From the NCBI RefSeq assembly GCF_009914755.1, contig NC_060936.1: a DNA stretch of 64,000 bases; one strand, given 5' to 3'. Below the pieces are notes generated by a model. That model did not search any database. It worked only from the letters and a program-made list of their open reading frames with translations, and was not told the origin of the DNA. This DNA comes from the human T2T-CHM13v2.0 reference genome, Homo sapiens. Below are positions 1 through 20,849 of this stretch, one piece after another (the stretch's first letter is position 1; the number at the start of each line of letters is the position of its first letter). Position numbers and translations under genes: made by a program.

Positions 1-157
1 TACAGGCATGCACCACCATGCCCGGCTAATTTTGTATTTTTAGTAGAGATGGGGTTTCTCCATGTTGGTCAGGCTGGTCTCAAACTCCTGACTCAGGTGA
101 TGCCCGCCTCAGCCTTCCAAAGTGCTGGGATTACAGGTGTGAGCCACTGTGCTCGGC
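1..157 (-). mobile_element. Alu (AluS-type), cut by the window edge
   Basis: Reverse-complement Alu left arm and linker. Confidence 0.9.
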
Positions 158-249
158 ACTTTTTTTTTAATGTAGTGATTCTCTCAGTCTCATGACTAAT
201 TAGTGGTAGTTAAGGGTTCAGACTTGGACCTCTGCAGAGTTCAGAGCGC

Positions 250-527
250 TTGAGACAGGGCTTGCTCTGTCACCCAAGCTGCAGTAGGAGAGTGGCACTG
301 TCATGGCTTACTGTAGACTCAAGCTCCCTGGGCTCAGGTGTTCCTCCCATCTCAGCCTCCTCAGTAGCTGGGATTACAGGCACATGCCACAATGCCCTGC
401 TAATTTTTGTAGAGACGGGATTTTGCTATGTTACCCAGGTTGGTCTCGAACTCCTGGGCTCAAGCAGTCCACCTGCCTCAGCCTCCCAAAATGTTGGGAT
501 TACAGGCATGAGCCACTGTGCCTGGCC
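250..527 (-). mobile_element. Alu (AluJ-type)
   Basis: Diverged dimeric Alu on the minus strand. Confidence 0.88.
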
Positions 528-726
528 CAGTCTCTTTTCTCTATGCTGCATGACTTCGATGAGTCTAAAGGATCTCAGACACCAGAGTTTTACTTCCTTA
601 GTTGGGGGTAAAGTGTGGGAGAAGCTGGCTCGTGGGGGTGGGGGTGGGGTTTATATTCTGCATCTTTGTGGGCTTGTGGATAAAAAAGTCTGAAGTACAG
701 ATCCTAATCTGGTTCTTGCCTTTCAG

Positions 727-802
727 GCACTGCATTGATCTCTTCTTAGATTTCATTACTGTCTTCAGAAAACTCATGATGATCCTGGCCATGAATGAAA
801 AG
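727..802 (+). CDS. TMBIM6: TMBIM6 (Bax inhibitor-1) penultimate coding exon
   Basis: tttcag|G acceptor at 725-726 and AAG|gttagt donor at 803. Encodes (W)[25 protein letters not shown], which matches the recalled BI-1 C-terminal region including D209/D213. Confidence 0.97.
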
Positions 803-1895
803 GTTAGTTAGCCTACAACCCAAAGATGAGACAATAATGGCTCCTGAGCTTGGCATGTGTGTATACTTCAGATTTGAAAACTTGCTCACACACTGTGTTA
901 GGTCCAGGGTAACTGTAAGGCAGGCCACTGAGTAAGAGGTAAGCCAGAAGTCTTCAGTTGTTAGAAAAAAAGCAGCAAGTGAAAAAAAAATTTTTTTAAC
1001 TAATTCCTGCGTTTAGTATGAAAGGGAAAAAAGCTTCAGTGGCAGTAAACACAACCTGCTACATGAATAATTTAAAGGCTATATAGTTGTGACTCAGAGA
1101 AAGGTATTGTGGAGGACGTTGTAAATTTCAGAAGTAGACTAATTTTATCCATTTGTTAATTTTTTTTTCCAAGGAAGCATTCTATATAGGGCTAATGAGT
1201 ATCTAACGTAGTTGAGTCAAGCAGTGGGGGAAACAAATGAAATGAGCTTTTCTTTATAGACCTTATGGAGCTTAGAGATAGCATAGTGGTAGCGGGAGTA
1301 GTTGACCAGATAGGATTGCTGGCTCTGTCTGGGCTATGCCATGGTTGGACTGAGCACTAGGCAGATGTACAAGTTTCAGAACAAGCAACTGAATTTTCAT
1401 TCCTTAATACATTGGGCTTCCATCCAAGATTGAATGAAGAATTCTGCTGGACCAAATTATTTCTGAATGTCAGTTTATGCCAGAGTCATGCTCACTTTGC
1501 AGGGTGGAGCACTTCTCGCGCCTAATGGTTGGTTGGTGGTCTTGGCCTCTAGTTTCACTCTTTGAGGATAGAGTGCCATCTGCAGCCTTCACTGTTGGGA
1601 TCTGAGCTGTAGTGGCTGTGAATAGCCTAGAGTGGTCAGGCAGCCCACCTCGGCACTCCTGGGGTGGGGGTGGGGACAGCTGCTTAACCTTTATTCTTGG
1701 TCGGTCTGTCGGCAACTTTGGGAACCACCAGTAGGATGTGGTTAAGATTCAGTTCTTGCTGAGCTAAGGAAGCATTTCTCATTTCTTTTTAATTGTCTGG
1801 CTCACTTCTAGTCCCTAACTAAATGCTCACTCAAGAGTTTTAGCTTGAATGTCAAATGTCAAAAAATTAATTGGGTGATTTTTCTCCATTTCTAG

Positions 1896-1919
1896 GATAA
1901 GAAGAAAGAGAAGAAATGA
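1896..1919 (+). CDS. TMBIM6: TMBIM6 last exon, coding part (DKKKEKK-stop)
   Basis: Pyrimidine tract + tctag| acceptor at 1894-1895, then GAT AAG AAG AAA GAG AAG AAA TGA. In phase with the previous exon and matches the known lysine-rich tail. Confidence 0.97.
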   Translation, partial: DKKKEKK

Positions 1920-2204
1920 AGTGACCATCCAGCCTTTCCCAATTAGACTTCCTCTCCTTCCACCCCTCATTTCCTTTTTGCACACATTACAGGTGGTGTG
2001 TTCTGTGATAATGAAAAGCATCAGAAAAGCTTTTGTACTTTGTGGTTTCCTCTATTTTGAATTTTTTGATCAAAAAACTGATTAGCAGAATATAGTTTGG
2101 AGTTTGGCTTCATCTTCCTGGGGTTCCCCTCACTCCCTTTTTTGTCAACCCCATCTGTAGCCTCTTCCTCTACTCAGGCAGTCGACCCGCCACGATGAGA
2201 AGTG

Positions 2205-2223
2205 GGACCAGCAGAGGGCGCCA
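2205..2223 (+). promoter_or_regulatory. Candidate CTCF site in the TMBIM6 3'UTR
   Basis: CCAGCAGAGGGCGC at 2208-2221 fits the core CCASYAGRKGGCRS at every position. Several CpGs are retained nearby. Confidence 0.6.
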
Positions 2224-3933
2224 ACTTCAGGAGTCCGCTTTCCCACCAGGCTTCATTCACCCAGTGGACCTGAACTGTTTGGTAGAGCCACCCGGCCCTT
2301 CCTTCCTCATTGTTGTTTGGTATGCGCACAGTTCCTGTGGGACTGGGCCGTGAGTTTTCCATTGGAAAGAAGTTCAGTGGTCCCATTGTTAACTCAGCCT
2401 CAAATCTCAACTGTCAGGCCCTACAAAGAAAATGGAGAGCCTCTTCTGGTGGATGCTTTGCTCCCTCTGAGCTGCCCATGCTGGTCTGGCAAACACACCT
2501 TTCTGCTTTGCCTTCACAAAAGTAATGTGTTCCCTTTCCCACCCCTTGCCTGACCCTCAGGGAGTCAGCCTGCTTCCATCCATGGGTGGGAAGACTTCAG
2601 CACAAAGGAAAGACTAATTCTTGTCAGGCATTTTTGAAAAGGCTGATTATGTGTATCAAGGTACAGCATCGTAGGGTTCCCCTAAACTTGCCCTGTTTTT
2701 GTTTTTTTAGTTTGTTATCCCCTTACTGAGCGGCCTCTACTAGGTGGCTGTGATTAAATGTCCCAAGCAAGGATAGGGAAGGGGAATGGTTGAGCCTCTG
2801 GAGATCATTGTAACCAATCCTGCCAGACCTGTTTGGGGCAGTGGGGAGCAAACCTAGATAAGGACCTGTTTGGGGCAGCAGGGAGCAAAATCTCCTTTAA
2901 CAACCAAGCAGTTCCTCATTCACATCAACAGAGCGAGGCTGTGATAACTTAGGAGGCAGCAATCCTAATAGTCCTTCAGTGCATTTTAGTCTGTCTCCAA
3001 CTGGACACCAGTAGGTAGTGTCAAGCCAGAGATTCGGGGCAGTAGATAAATGTTCATTTTACTGATGCACTTTAGTTTTTGGTCTGTTACCTGTTTTCCA
3101 GAAATTTGTGGCCTTTTAGGCGGGAGTTAGGCGACCAAACCAGTGAGAGCCCCAATCCCTGCAGTTTTGTGGCTTCAAGTGTGGGTGGACAGTCCTAATG
3201 GGGATCTCCAGCTCCTTCCTGTGGGCTGCCACAGACAGCTACCCCCAGAAGGGTCAATGTTGGGAGTGGTTGTGGCTCTGAGCTGCTCTACAGAGCTTCA
3301 GTGTGAGAGGATCGAGCCATTGAAAGCTCATTACCAGTAGGACATAATTTTTGGCTCTCCCTATTCACAACCAGTGCACAGTTTGACACAGTGGCCTCAG
3401 GTTCACAGTGCACCATGTCACTGTGCTATCCTACGAAATCATTTGTTTCTAAGTTGTGTTTATTCCTGGAGTGACATGCCACCCCGAATGGCTCACTTTC
3501 ACTGAGGATGCTGTCCTCTGATTTAGCTGCTGCCTCCAGCCTCTGGCTTGAGAACTTACTAAAGGCACTTCCTTCCTGTTAAACCCCTGTTAACTCTCCA
3601 TAAATTTGGTGATTCTCTGCTAGGCCTAAGATTTTGAGTTAACATCTCTTGAAGCCAAACTCCACCTTCTGTGCTTTTTGCTTGGGATAATGGAGTTTTT
3701 CTTTAGAAACAGTGCCAAGAATGACAAGATATTAAAAAAAAAAAAGAAAGAAAAAAAAAAAAACACCTACTTTTAAAGAAAATACCTAACAGATTTTTAA
3801 TATAGTTATCTCTACCACTTTCTTTTCTAGTTTCTTGATTTTCAGCTCAGGCTGCATTCTAACTCATACTGTGAAGACAAAGGTGTTTTTGATTCAGAAA
3901 TATATGAAATCTGCATAGTCTTAATTTGTAAAA

Positions 3934-3939
3934 AATAAA
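3934..3939 (+). terminator. TMBIM6: Polyadenylation signal of TMBIM6
   Basis: AATAAA with upstream TGTA and a downstream GT/T-rich tract. Confidence 0.8.
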
Positions 3940-4367
3940 GAAAATTCCTTAACCTTTCCTGGTGTTTGTGTTAAATTCAAGGGTACAGCTGGTCATGGAG
4001 CTTGTGATACTGCCAGGGTTTGCTACTGGGGGCTGGGAGTGGGACACGATTGAGTTCGTGTCATAAGTATGAACAGAGACAAAGACCTCCCACTCTGTAG
4101 CCCCAGCATGCCACAAATGTTGAGAATTTTCTCTGTCAAATATGTAAGCCAGTTTTTTTTCCAGTCCTCTCCACCCCCTGCCACCTTTGCTATATGTTGT
4201 TTGTGGTGATATGTGCAGTTGGTTCAGATGTGCAGCCAAGCTTTGGAGTTTGAGGATGCATAATGGAAAAAAGGCAAATGATACCCACTCATTCTGCAAG
4301 TATTTTTGTTCACCCACTGCTGCCCGGCTGTATTCTAAGTGCATTAGTTAATAAAGATGTAAAAGTT

Positions 4368-4955
<588 letters not shown>

Positions 4956-5029
4956 GTCCTTGTCATAGTTCAGATATGAGATTATCAATCGGAACTTGCA
5001 TTACAATCAGGTTGCTCAATTCTGTGTTT

Positions 5030-5326
5030 GTGTTTTTGTTTTGATTTTTGGAGACAGGGTCATGGTCTTGCCCTGTCACCCAGGCTGTAGTGCAGTGATG
5101 CGATCATGGCTCACAGCAACCTCAGTCACCTGAGCTCAAGTGATCCACCTCAGCCTCCCGAGTAGCTGGGACCACAGGAACATGCCACTGCACCCCGCTG
5201 ATTTAATTTTTGTAGAGGTGGGATCTCACCATGTTGCTCAGGTTATGTTGAACTCGTGTTCCTCAAACGATCCACCTTAGCCTCCCAAAGTGCTGGGATT
5301 ATAGGCTTAAGCCACCATGCCGAGCC
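5030..5326 (-). mobile_element. Alu (AluJ-type)
   Basis: Diverged reverse Alu. Confidence 0.85.
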
Positions 5327-6146
5327 TAGTAGCTCAATTTTACCATGCTTGTTCTCCGCTTGTCATATTCATTGTAGACCCAGGCCTTCCTGTTAGAATT
5401 TGACCATTATTCTGACTGGTTCATCTAGGTTACTCCCAGTTGACCTGTTCGGACTCCACATGTGCCCGTGCCAACTAAGGATAGCCATTTTCCTTAAGCT
5501 TGGGAAATATTCCTTAAGCATCTTTTCTCTCTTGCTGACTTTGAGAAAAGACTGGTCCTAAAGACTCTTTAAAGCCCCCATTTTATCTGCTAGGGGAGAA
5601 GTACAAGGTGCAACACCTTTTGAGTGTTTACAAGGTCAGGCACTGTACAAAGTGCCTTACATGGATTGCTTAACATCCCCAGTAGTTTAAGAAGATGGTG
5701 TATTTACTACGTACGGTCAGTTACTTCCAGGGCTGGCAGATGTGTGCCCAGAAAGAATCTAGGCACACTATCTCCAGAGCCCCTATCCTTTACTGTTAAC
5801 CTATGTAAGCAGTGTTAAGGTTAGTCCTCCTGGGCTGGAGTCATCCTTTCCATCCTGACCTACATCCTGGCTATGGCTCTGGCCAAGGGTGGAAAGGGAA
5901 ATAGTGAAGGGGTTTGAGCAAAATCTCCCCACCCCAAATCTTTGTAACCAAAGAAACGTAGAAGAGTGAGCGGCCTTTTTAGTCTTTCTTCCCCCAGCCA
6001 GCCCACCAATTACCAATTAAATGGAAGAGGATAACAAACAGCAGCTCTTTCCATGTGTAGGAGACCTGCAGGCCAAAACTAGACCAAGGAAGACCCTAGT
6101 GGGCGGCAGAAGTGGAAGGTCCTCTGGGTTGAAAGAAGAAACAGTA

Positions 6147-6463
6147 TTTTTTTTTTTTTTTTGGAGATGGAGTCTCACTCTGGCCCAGGCTGGAGTGCAA
6201 TGGCGTGATCTTGGCTAACAGCAACCTCCACCTCCTGGGTTCAAGCAATTCTCCTGCCTCAGCCTCTCCAGTAGCTGAGATTACAGGTGCATGCCACCAT
6301 GCCCAGCTAATTTTTCATATTTTTAGTAGAAAGGGGGTTTCCCCATGTTGCTCAGGCTGGTCTCGAACTCCTGACCTCAAGTGATCTGCCCTTAAGTGAT
6401 CTGCCCACTTCGGCCTCTCAAAGTGCTGGATTACTTACAGGCATGAGCCACCACGCCCAGCCA
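6147..6463 (-). mobile_element. Alu (AluS-type)
   Basis: Poly-T followed by a reverse Alu dimer. Confidence 0.9.
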
Positions 6464-6967
6464 AGAAACAATATGTTCTTTCTAAGCATGGTGAGCAGAT
6501 GAGGGGATCTGTCTTGTTTAAGCTGGGGATAAAGATGTAGAAGACAGTTCCTGCCTTGGAGTCCTTCACCACTGAGTAGTGCTGGAGAGCCACATGTGAA
6601 CATTACATGTGAATAGGAGTTAAGCATAGTGGGCCATGAGACAACAGCAGGAGACACAGCCTGGTCTGGTCGGTCAGAGAAAGTGCTTTGTAGATGACAC
6701 CTCAGCTAAGTCTAAATCTCAAAGTTTGAGTCAAAGTGAGGCAAGTGAAGAGATTAAGAAAGGCAGTGGGAGTGGATGTTTCTGATCAAGGGATCAGCAC
6801 GAGGAAAGACAGGAGTACGCTCCAGCATGGGGAGTGCAAGGAAGGAGCTGCAAAAACAGGTTTTGCTAACTAGGAAAGTTGGAGGAAACTAGTAGGAAAT
6901 GGAGGGGGTAAGTCAACAGTTACTGAAGACCTGGTATGAGGCACTGTTGCATCAAACCTCTGATGAA

Positions 6968-9443
<2,476 letters not shown>

Positions 9444-9498
9444 AGCTCAAACACTGACTACATGATAAAGAAATATTATTAATGCATAACGCTAATAA

Positions 9499-9850
<352 letters not shown>

Positions 9851-9924
9851 AAAGATGCATACTGAAATAAGTATGGATTAATTACTATGATGTCTGAGAT
9901 TTGCATCAAAATACTCAGTTGGGC

Positions 9925-11066
<1,142 letters not shown>

Positions 11067-11409
11067 TAGTTGAATGGTGGCAGGGAGTGAAGAAAGTAGA
11101 GGGTATAGATAATATGAATGGTTATGAGTTTATATCGGTTGTGGCTAGGCAATGGACATTGATTGTACGATTCTCTCTCCTTTTGTGTTTGAAATGTTCT
11201 ATCATGGAAAACTAAAGAAACAAAAAAGGCATAATGGTCCAGGCAAGAGAAAAGATGATGTGAAGTAGAGCAGTAGTCATAAGGACAGGAGACAATGGAC
11301 TAAAATATTCTGGAGGTAAAATCTCCAGGCCTTAGTGATTAATGAGACATGGGGAGGTGAGAAAGACAGGAGATCAAGGATGATTCTCAGGGGGTCAGGA
11401 TGGTCCTAC

Positions 11410-12175
11410 CAGCTACCTGCCAACTGTGCAAGCTTGGGAGAGTTACTCAGCCTTTCTGTGTCTCATTTTCCCATGTGTAAAATGGAAGTAATAATAGTAC
11501 TTCCTGTATAGAACTATTGTGAGAATTAAATTAATAAAATACAGTCATGTGCCATATGATGTTTTGGCCAATGACACGCTGCTTATATGATGGTGGTCCT
11601 ATACTCACACCTGTAATCCCAGCACTTTGGGAGGCCGAGGCAGGCAGATCACGAGCTCAGGAGTTCAAGACCAGCCTGACCAACATAGTGAAACCCCGTC
11701 TCTACTAATAATACAAAAATTAGCTGGGCATGGTGGTGCATGCCTGTAATCCCAGCTACCTGGGAGGCTGAGACAGGAGAATTGCTAGAACCCGCGAGGC
11801 GGAGGTTGCAGTGAGGTGAGCCAAGATCACGCCACAGCACTCCAGCCTGGGCAACAGGGCAAGACTCCATCTAAAAAAAAAAAAAAAAAGATTATCATAC
11901 TATATTTTTACTGTACCTTTTCTATGTTTAAATTCACAAATGCTCATCATGGTGTTACTATAATTGCCTATAGTATTCAGTACAGTAAGATGCTGTACAG
12001 GTTTGTAGCCTAGGAACAACAGGCGATACCATAGAGCTTAGGTGAATAGTAGGCTACGCCATCTAGGTCTGTGTAAGTATATTTTACCATATTCACACAA
12101 TGACAAGATCCCTGTCTTACTGTATGTAAACAACTTAGAAGTGTGTTCAGCCCATAATAAAACTTCTAAATGTTA
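11410..12175 (+). mobile_element. MIR split by a Tigger3a insertion
   Basis: MIR core (..TTGGGAGAGTTACTCAGCCTTTCTGTGTCTCATTTTCCCATGTGTAAAATGG..) runs to 11541, and the tail resumes at 12123. Confidence 0.7.
11542..12122 (-). mobile_element. Tigger3a-like (TcMar) MITE interrupted by a 5'-truncated Alu (~11604-11889, +)
   Basis: CAGTCATG.. and ..ACTG termini flanked by TA on both sides. Internal TTTTTACTGTACCTTTTCTATGTTTA and GCTGTACAGGTTTGTAGCCTAGG. Confidence 0.8.
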
Positions 12176-12341
12176 GTTCTTCCACTAGGGAGGCCCAGGT
12201 CTGTGGGTGGGATGGTAGTTTTGGCTCTGACATGCTGAGATTGCAGTGGTGTGGGACACCCTTGCAGATGCCAGGGGACATTGGGATATGAATCTAAAGC
12301 TAAGGGAAGAAGTTAGGAATAGACGTATGGATGACTTGGCA

Positions 12342-12946
<605 letters not shown>

Positions 12947-12989
12947 AACTTGGCACATTTTTAAACCATAAAAATGTCAGCTCCTTGAA

Positions 12990-14062
<1,073 letters not shown>

Positions 14063-14129
14063 GGCTCCATCAGGAAACCCAGGCACCTCACCACTTAAGG
14101 AGTGTGTGGAAACTTTGATTCCACGGTTC

Positions 14130-15585
<1,456 letters not shown>

Positions 15586-15617
15586 GCGCTGCCTCGGTTG
15601 CACCATCTGATGGCTAC

Positions 15618-16526
<909 letters not shown>

Positions 16527-16537
16527 TGATTTTGAAT

Positions 16538-16750
16538 GCAGACTCTGGGGCTGAGCTGTCTGGGCTTGTCTCACAGCTCTTCCATAGACAAGCTTTGACA
16601 TTGGGAAAGTTACTTAAGTTCTCTGATCTTCACTTTCTCCTAGTAAAACAGAAATAACAATAATACCTACCCAAAAACATTGTGGCGAGGATTAATGGAC
16701 TTAATCTGTATAAAGTGCTTAGAACAGTGCCTGGCACATTGTAAATATTA
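16538..16750 (+). mobile_element. MIR
   Basis: TTGGGAAAGTTACTTAAGTTCTCTG.. and AAAGTGCTTAGAACAGTGCCTGGCACA. Confidence 0.85.
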
Positions 16751-17627
16751 TATATGGGTTTGCTCCTATGTATTATTATTAGTATTACTCGAGCTGGAGG
16801 CTTTGGGTCACTCCACTTAGCCTCTCGCCAATTCCACAATCTTCCTTCTCTAGTCCTAGAACCAGGCCTTTGCACCCTGCTAGGAGAAGCAGCAGCAACC
16901 ACAGAAGTCCGACTTTCCTGCAGTCTGGTGCTAAGGAGATGCCTGGACTTCAGCATCCACTGGGCTCCAGCCTCCTTTGAAAACCCTTGATTTGTCCTCA
17001 GCCCGGCCCCTCTCCGCTGTCTCCAGTGGCCATCCCATATCTTCGCGACTTCCCCATCCACACGGTGTGAATGTAAAATGGTACAGAGATATAGAATGGA
17101 GGTGAGGGCCCCATATGGTAAATTGATAGACAATGGCCACCGTATTTTGTAGCTCCTCCATCGACGTGTGATGACCTCTCATCTCTCATACTCTAATCCT
17201 CAAACTGCTCTGCACATTCCCAAGTCTGTTCCCAACTCCTGAAGCCCTTCCACTGCCTCTAGAATTCGCAGCCCTACATCTGCAAAACTCCCCAACTTCA
17301 TCTTCTCCTGGTGTTCCCTTTGCCTTCGCAGGCAGCAGGTTCCTGGCTCCCCCTGGAGGACACGGCCCTCCCTGCAATGCCCTCAGGTGGGTGCAGCTTT
17401 CCCTGCCTCACCTTTGTGCCTCGAGGCGCCCTCCTTGTTCTTCAGTGCTGCTTTCAGAACCTTCTTCCCTAAAATCCCTCAGCTCTGAGTCTCAGGTTGT
17501 AGGACGCTGCCTCCCTCTTCCATGCACCTACCAATCCCTGGGCTACTTCCGTGTTTCTAGAAGGTTTCATTCCTACCTCAGTGTCATTCTCTCTAACGTG
17601 ATTTCTGCCCTAATTCTTAGAGATTTC

Positions 17628-18246
<619 letters not shown>

Positions 18247-18377
18247 AAGAGATTTCAATATTCACGTAGATACATCCTCCCCATACCCTGGCCTCTCACT
18301 TCCACGATCTCCTCTCCTCCAAAGACCTCTCATGGCCACACCCTGCTCCTTGTCATTACTAATAACTGCACCTCCTC

Positions 18378-19203
18378 TGTATTAGTTTGTTAGGGCTGTC
18401 ATAACAAAGTACCACAGACTGGATGGCTTAGACAGCAGAAATATATTGTCACAGAAATGTAGCCTTCTTCTGGAGGCTAGAAGTCCAAGATCAAGGTGAT
18501 GTCAGTGTTGGTTCCTTCTGAGGCTGTGAGACAGAACCTGTCTGTGCCTCTCACCCAGCTTCTGGTGGTTGCTGGCAATGCTTGGGGTTCCTTGGCTCAT
18601 GGATGCATCACCCTGACCTCTGCTTTCATCTTCACATGGTGATATGGTTTGGCCATGTCCCCACCCAAATTTCATCTTGAATTGTAGTTTCCATAATCCC
18701 CATGTGTTGTGGGAAGGACCCAGCGGGAGGTAATTTAATTATAGGAGTGGGTAGCCTCATGCTATTCTTGTGACAGTGAGTGAGTTCTCACGAGATCTGA
18801 TGGTTTTATAAGGGGCATTCCCCACTTTTGCTCAGCACTTCTCCTTCTACTGCCATGTGAAGAGGGACATGTTTGCTTCCCCTTCCACCATGATTGTAAG
18901 TTCCCTGAGTCAATTAAACCTCTTTCCTTGATAAAGTACCCAGAGTTTAGGGCATGTATTTATTAGCAGCATGAGAATGGACTAATATACATGGTGTCTC
19001 CCTGTGTGCTTGTCCATCTGGCTTCAAGTTCCTCCTTTTTATAAAGACACCAGTCAAAATAGGAGTAGGGCCCACCCAAATGACCTCATTTTAACTTGAC
19101 TACCTCTGTAAAGACCCTATTTCCAGATAAGGTCACATTCTGAGATACTGGGGGTAGGCCTCCACATCTTAGAGGGAGAGGGACACAATTCAACCCTTAA
19201 TAC
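18378..19203 (-). mobile_element. MLT1 (B/C-like) LTR interrupted by THE1
   Basis: TGTATTAGTTTGTTAGGGCTGTCATAACAAAGTACCACAGACTGG at the left end; GGGACACAATTCAACCC at the right end. Confidence 0.85.
18640..18989 (+). mobile_element. THE1 solo LTR (350 bp)
   Basis: TGATATGGTTTGGC...GAATGGACTAATATA with 5 bp TSD CATGG at 18635-18639 and 18990-18994. Confidence 0.9.
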
Positions 19204-19974
19204 CGCATTCCCATTCCCATTCTCTCAATGTCATGCTGCCCATCCCGTGACCACCACCTCATTTCTTCCCAACATCTTTCCAACTTATTCCCACTAGTAC
19301 TCTACCTCCAAAATTCCTTTGATCCCACTGGGACCTACAATGTACTGTCCCTACTCCCCCATGCCTCCCTCTTTTACTGTTCCTTTTTCCCTTTTTATCC
19401 AATTTAAAGACCACAGTCACACTTGTAATCCCAGCTACTCAGGAGGCTGAGGCAGGAGGATTCCTTGAGCTCAGGAATTTGAGGCTGCAGTGAGCTGTAA
19501 TCTCTCCACTGCATGTCAGCCTGGGTGATAGAGCAAGACACTGACTTCAAAAAAAAAAAAAAAATAGAATCACTCCCCTGCATACACCTTCAATTCCCCT
19601 GCTTCTTTCCCCCTCCTTTGTTGCACTCAATTAGTAAATGGCACCCCTGGCTAATTCACCTCACTGCATGGGAAGCATGGGCTGGAGAAGAAAACCAACA
19701 CATTCATGTTAACCAGTCTCCCTTTAAATTCCTAATTACCTAAGGTGGACCCTTCATGCTGCCTGGTAATCCTACTACATTTCCCAGTCCATTCACTCTT
19801 TTGAGCTCCTAGATGACCACCCATACGTTCTCCTGTCTTCTCAAGCCTCCAACATCTTCTCCTGCCATCTTTCTCAGTTGATGATCTTGAATATTTCCTT
19901 GAGAAAATAAAAGCACCCAGGAGAGAGCTCCTATAGTTAGACATCATCACATATACACAACTACCTGCTTCTGA

Positions 19975-20334
<360 letters not shown>

Positions 20335-20372
20335 TGAGTAGCTGGGACTACAGGCATGTGCCACCACGCCTA

Positions 20373-20522
<150 letters not shown>

Positions 20523-20849
20523 TTATCGTTCCAGTAAGTATAAGAATATGCTGTAATTTCTTTTTTTTTTTTAATTTTTAGATATGGGGGGGTCTCACTA
20601 TGCAGCCCAGGCTGAACTTGACTCCTGGGCTCAAGCAGTCCTCCTGTCTCAGCCTCCCAACTAGCTAAGACTACAGGCATGTGCCACTGGGCCTGTCTGG
20701 CTAACTTTTCCTATGTTTAAGAAACCCCCCCTTAGAGCCTGGGAGCAACAACACTCCAACAACAATGAACATACCCAGCTTCCAGATCTTTGTTTCTAAA
20801 TATTCCCCACGAAAATAAAACAGGGCTCTTTGGAAAAATGCTTGATTCC

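Larger units (their letters stand above)
1920..3955 (+). other. TMBIM6: TMBIM6 3'UTR (3' end approximate)
   Basis: Repeat-free sequence after the stop codon, ending at AATAAA 3934-3939 followed by a GT-rich downstream element (ggtgtttgtgtt, ~3961). Confidence 0.85.
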
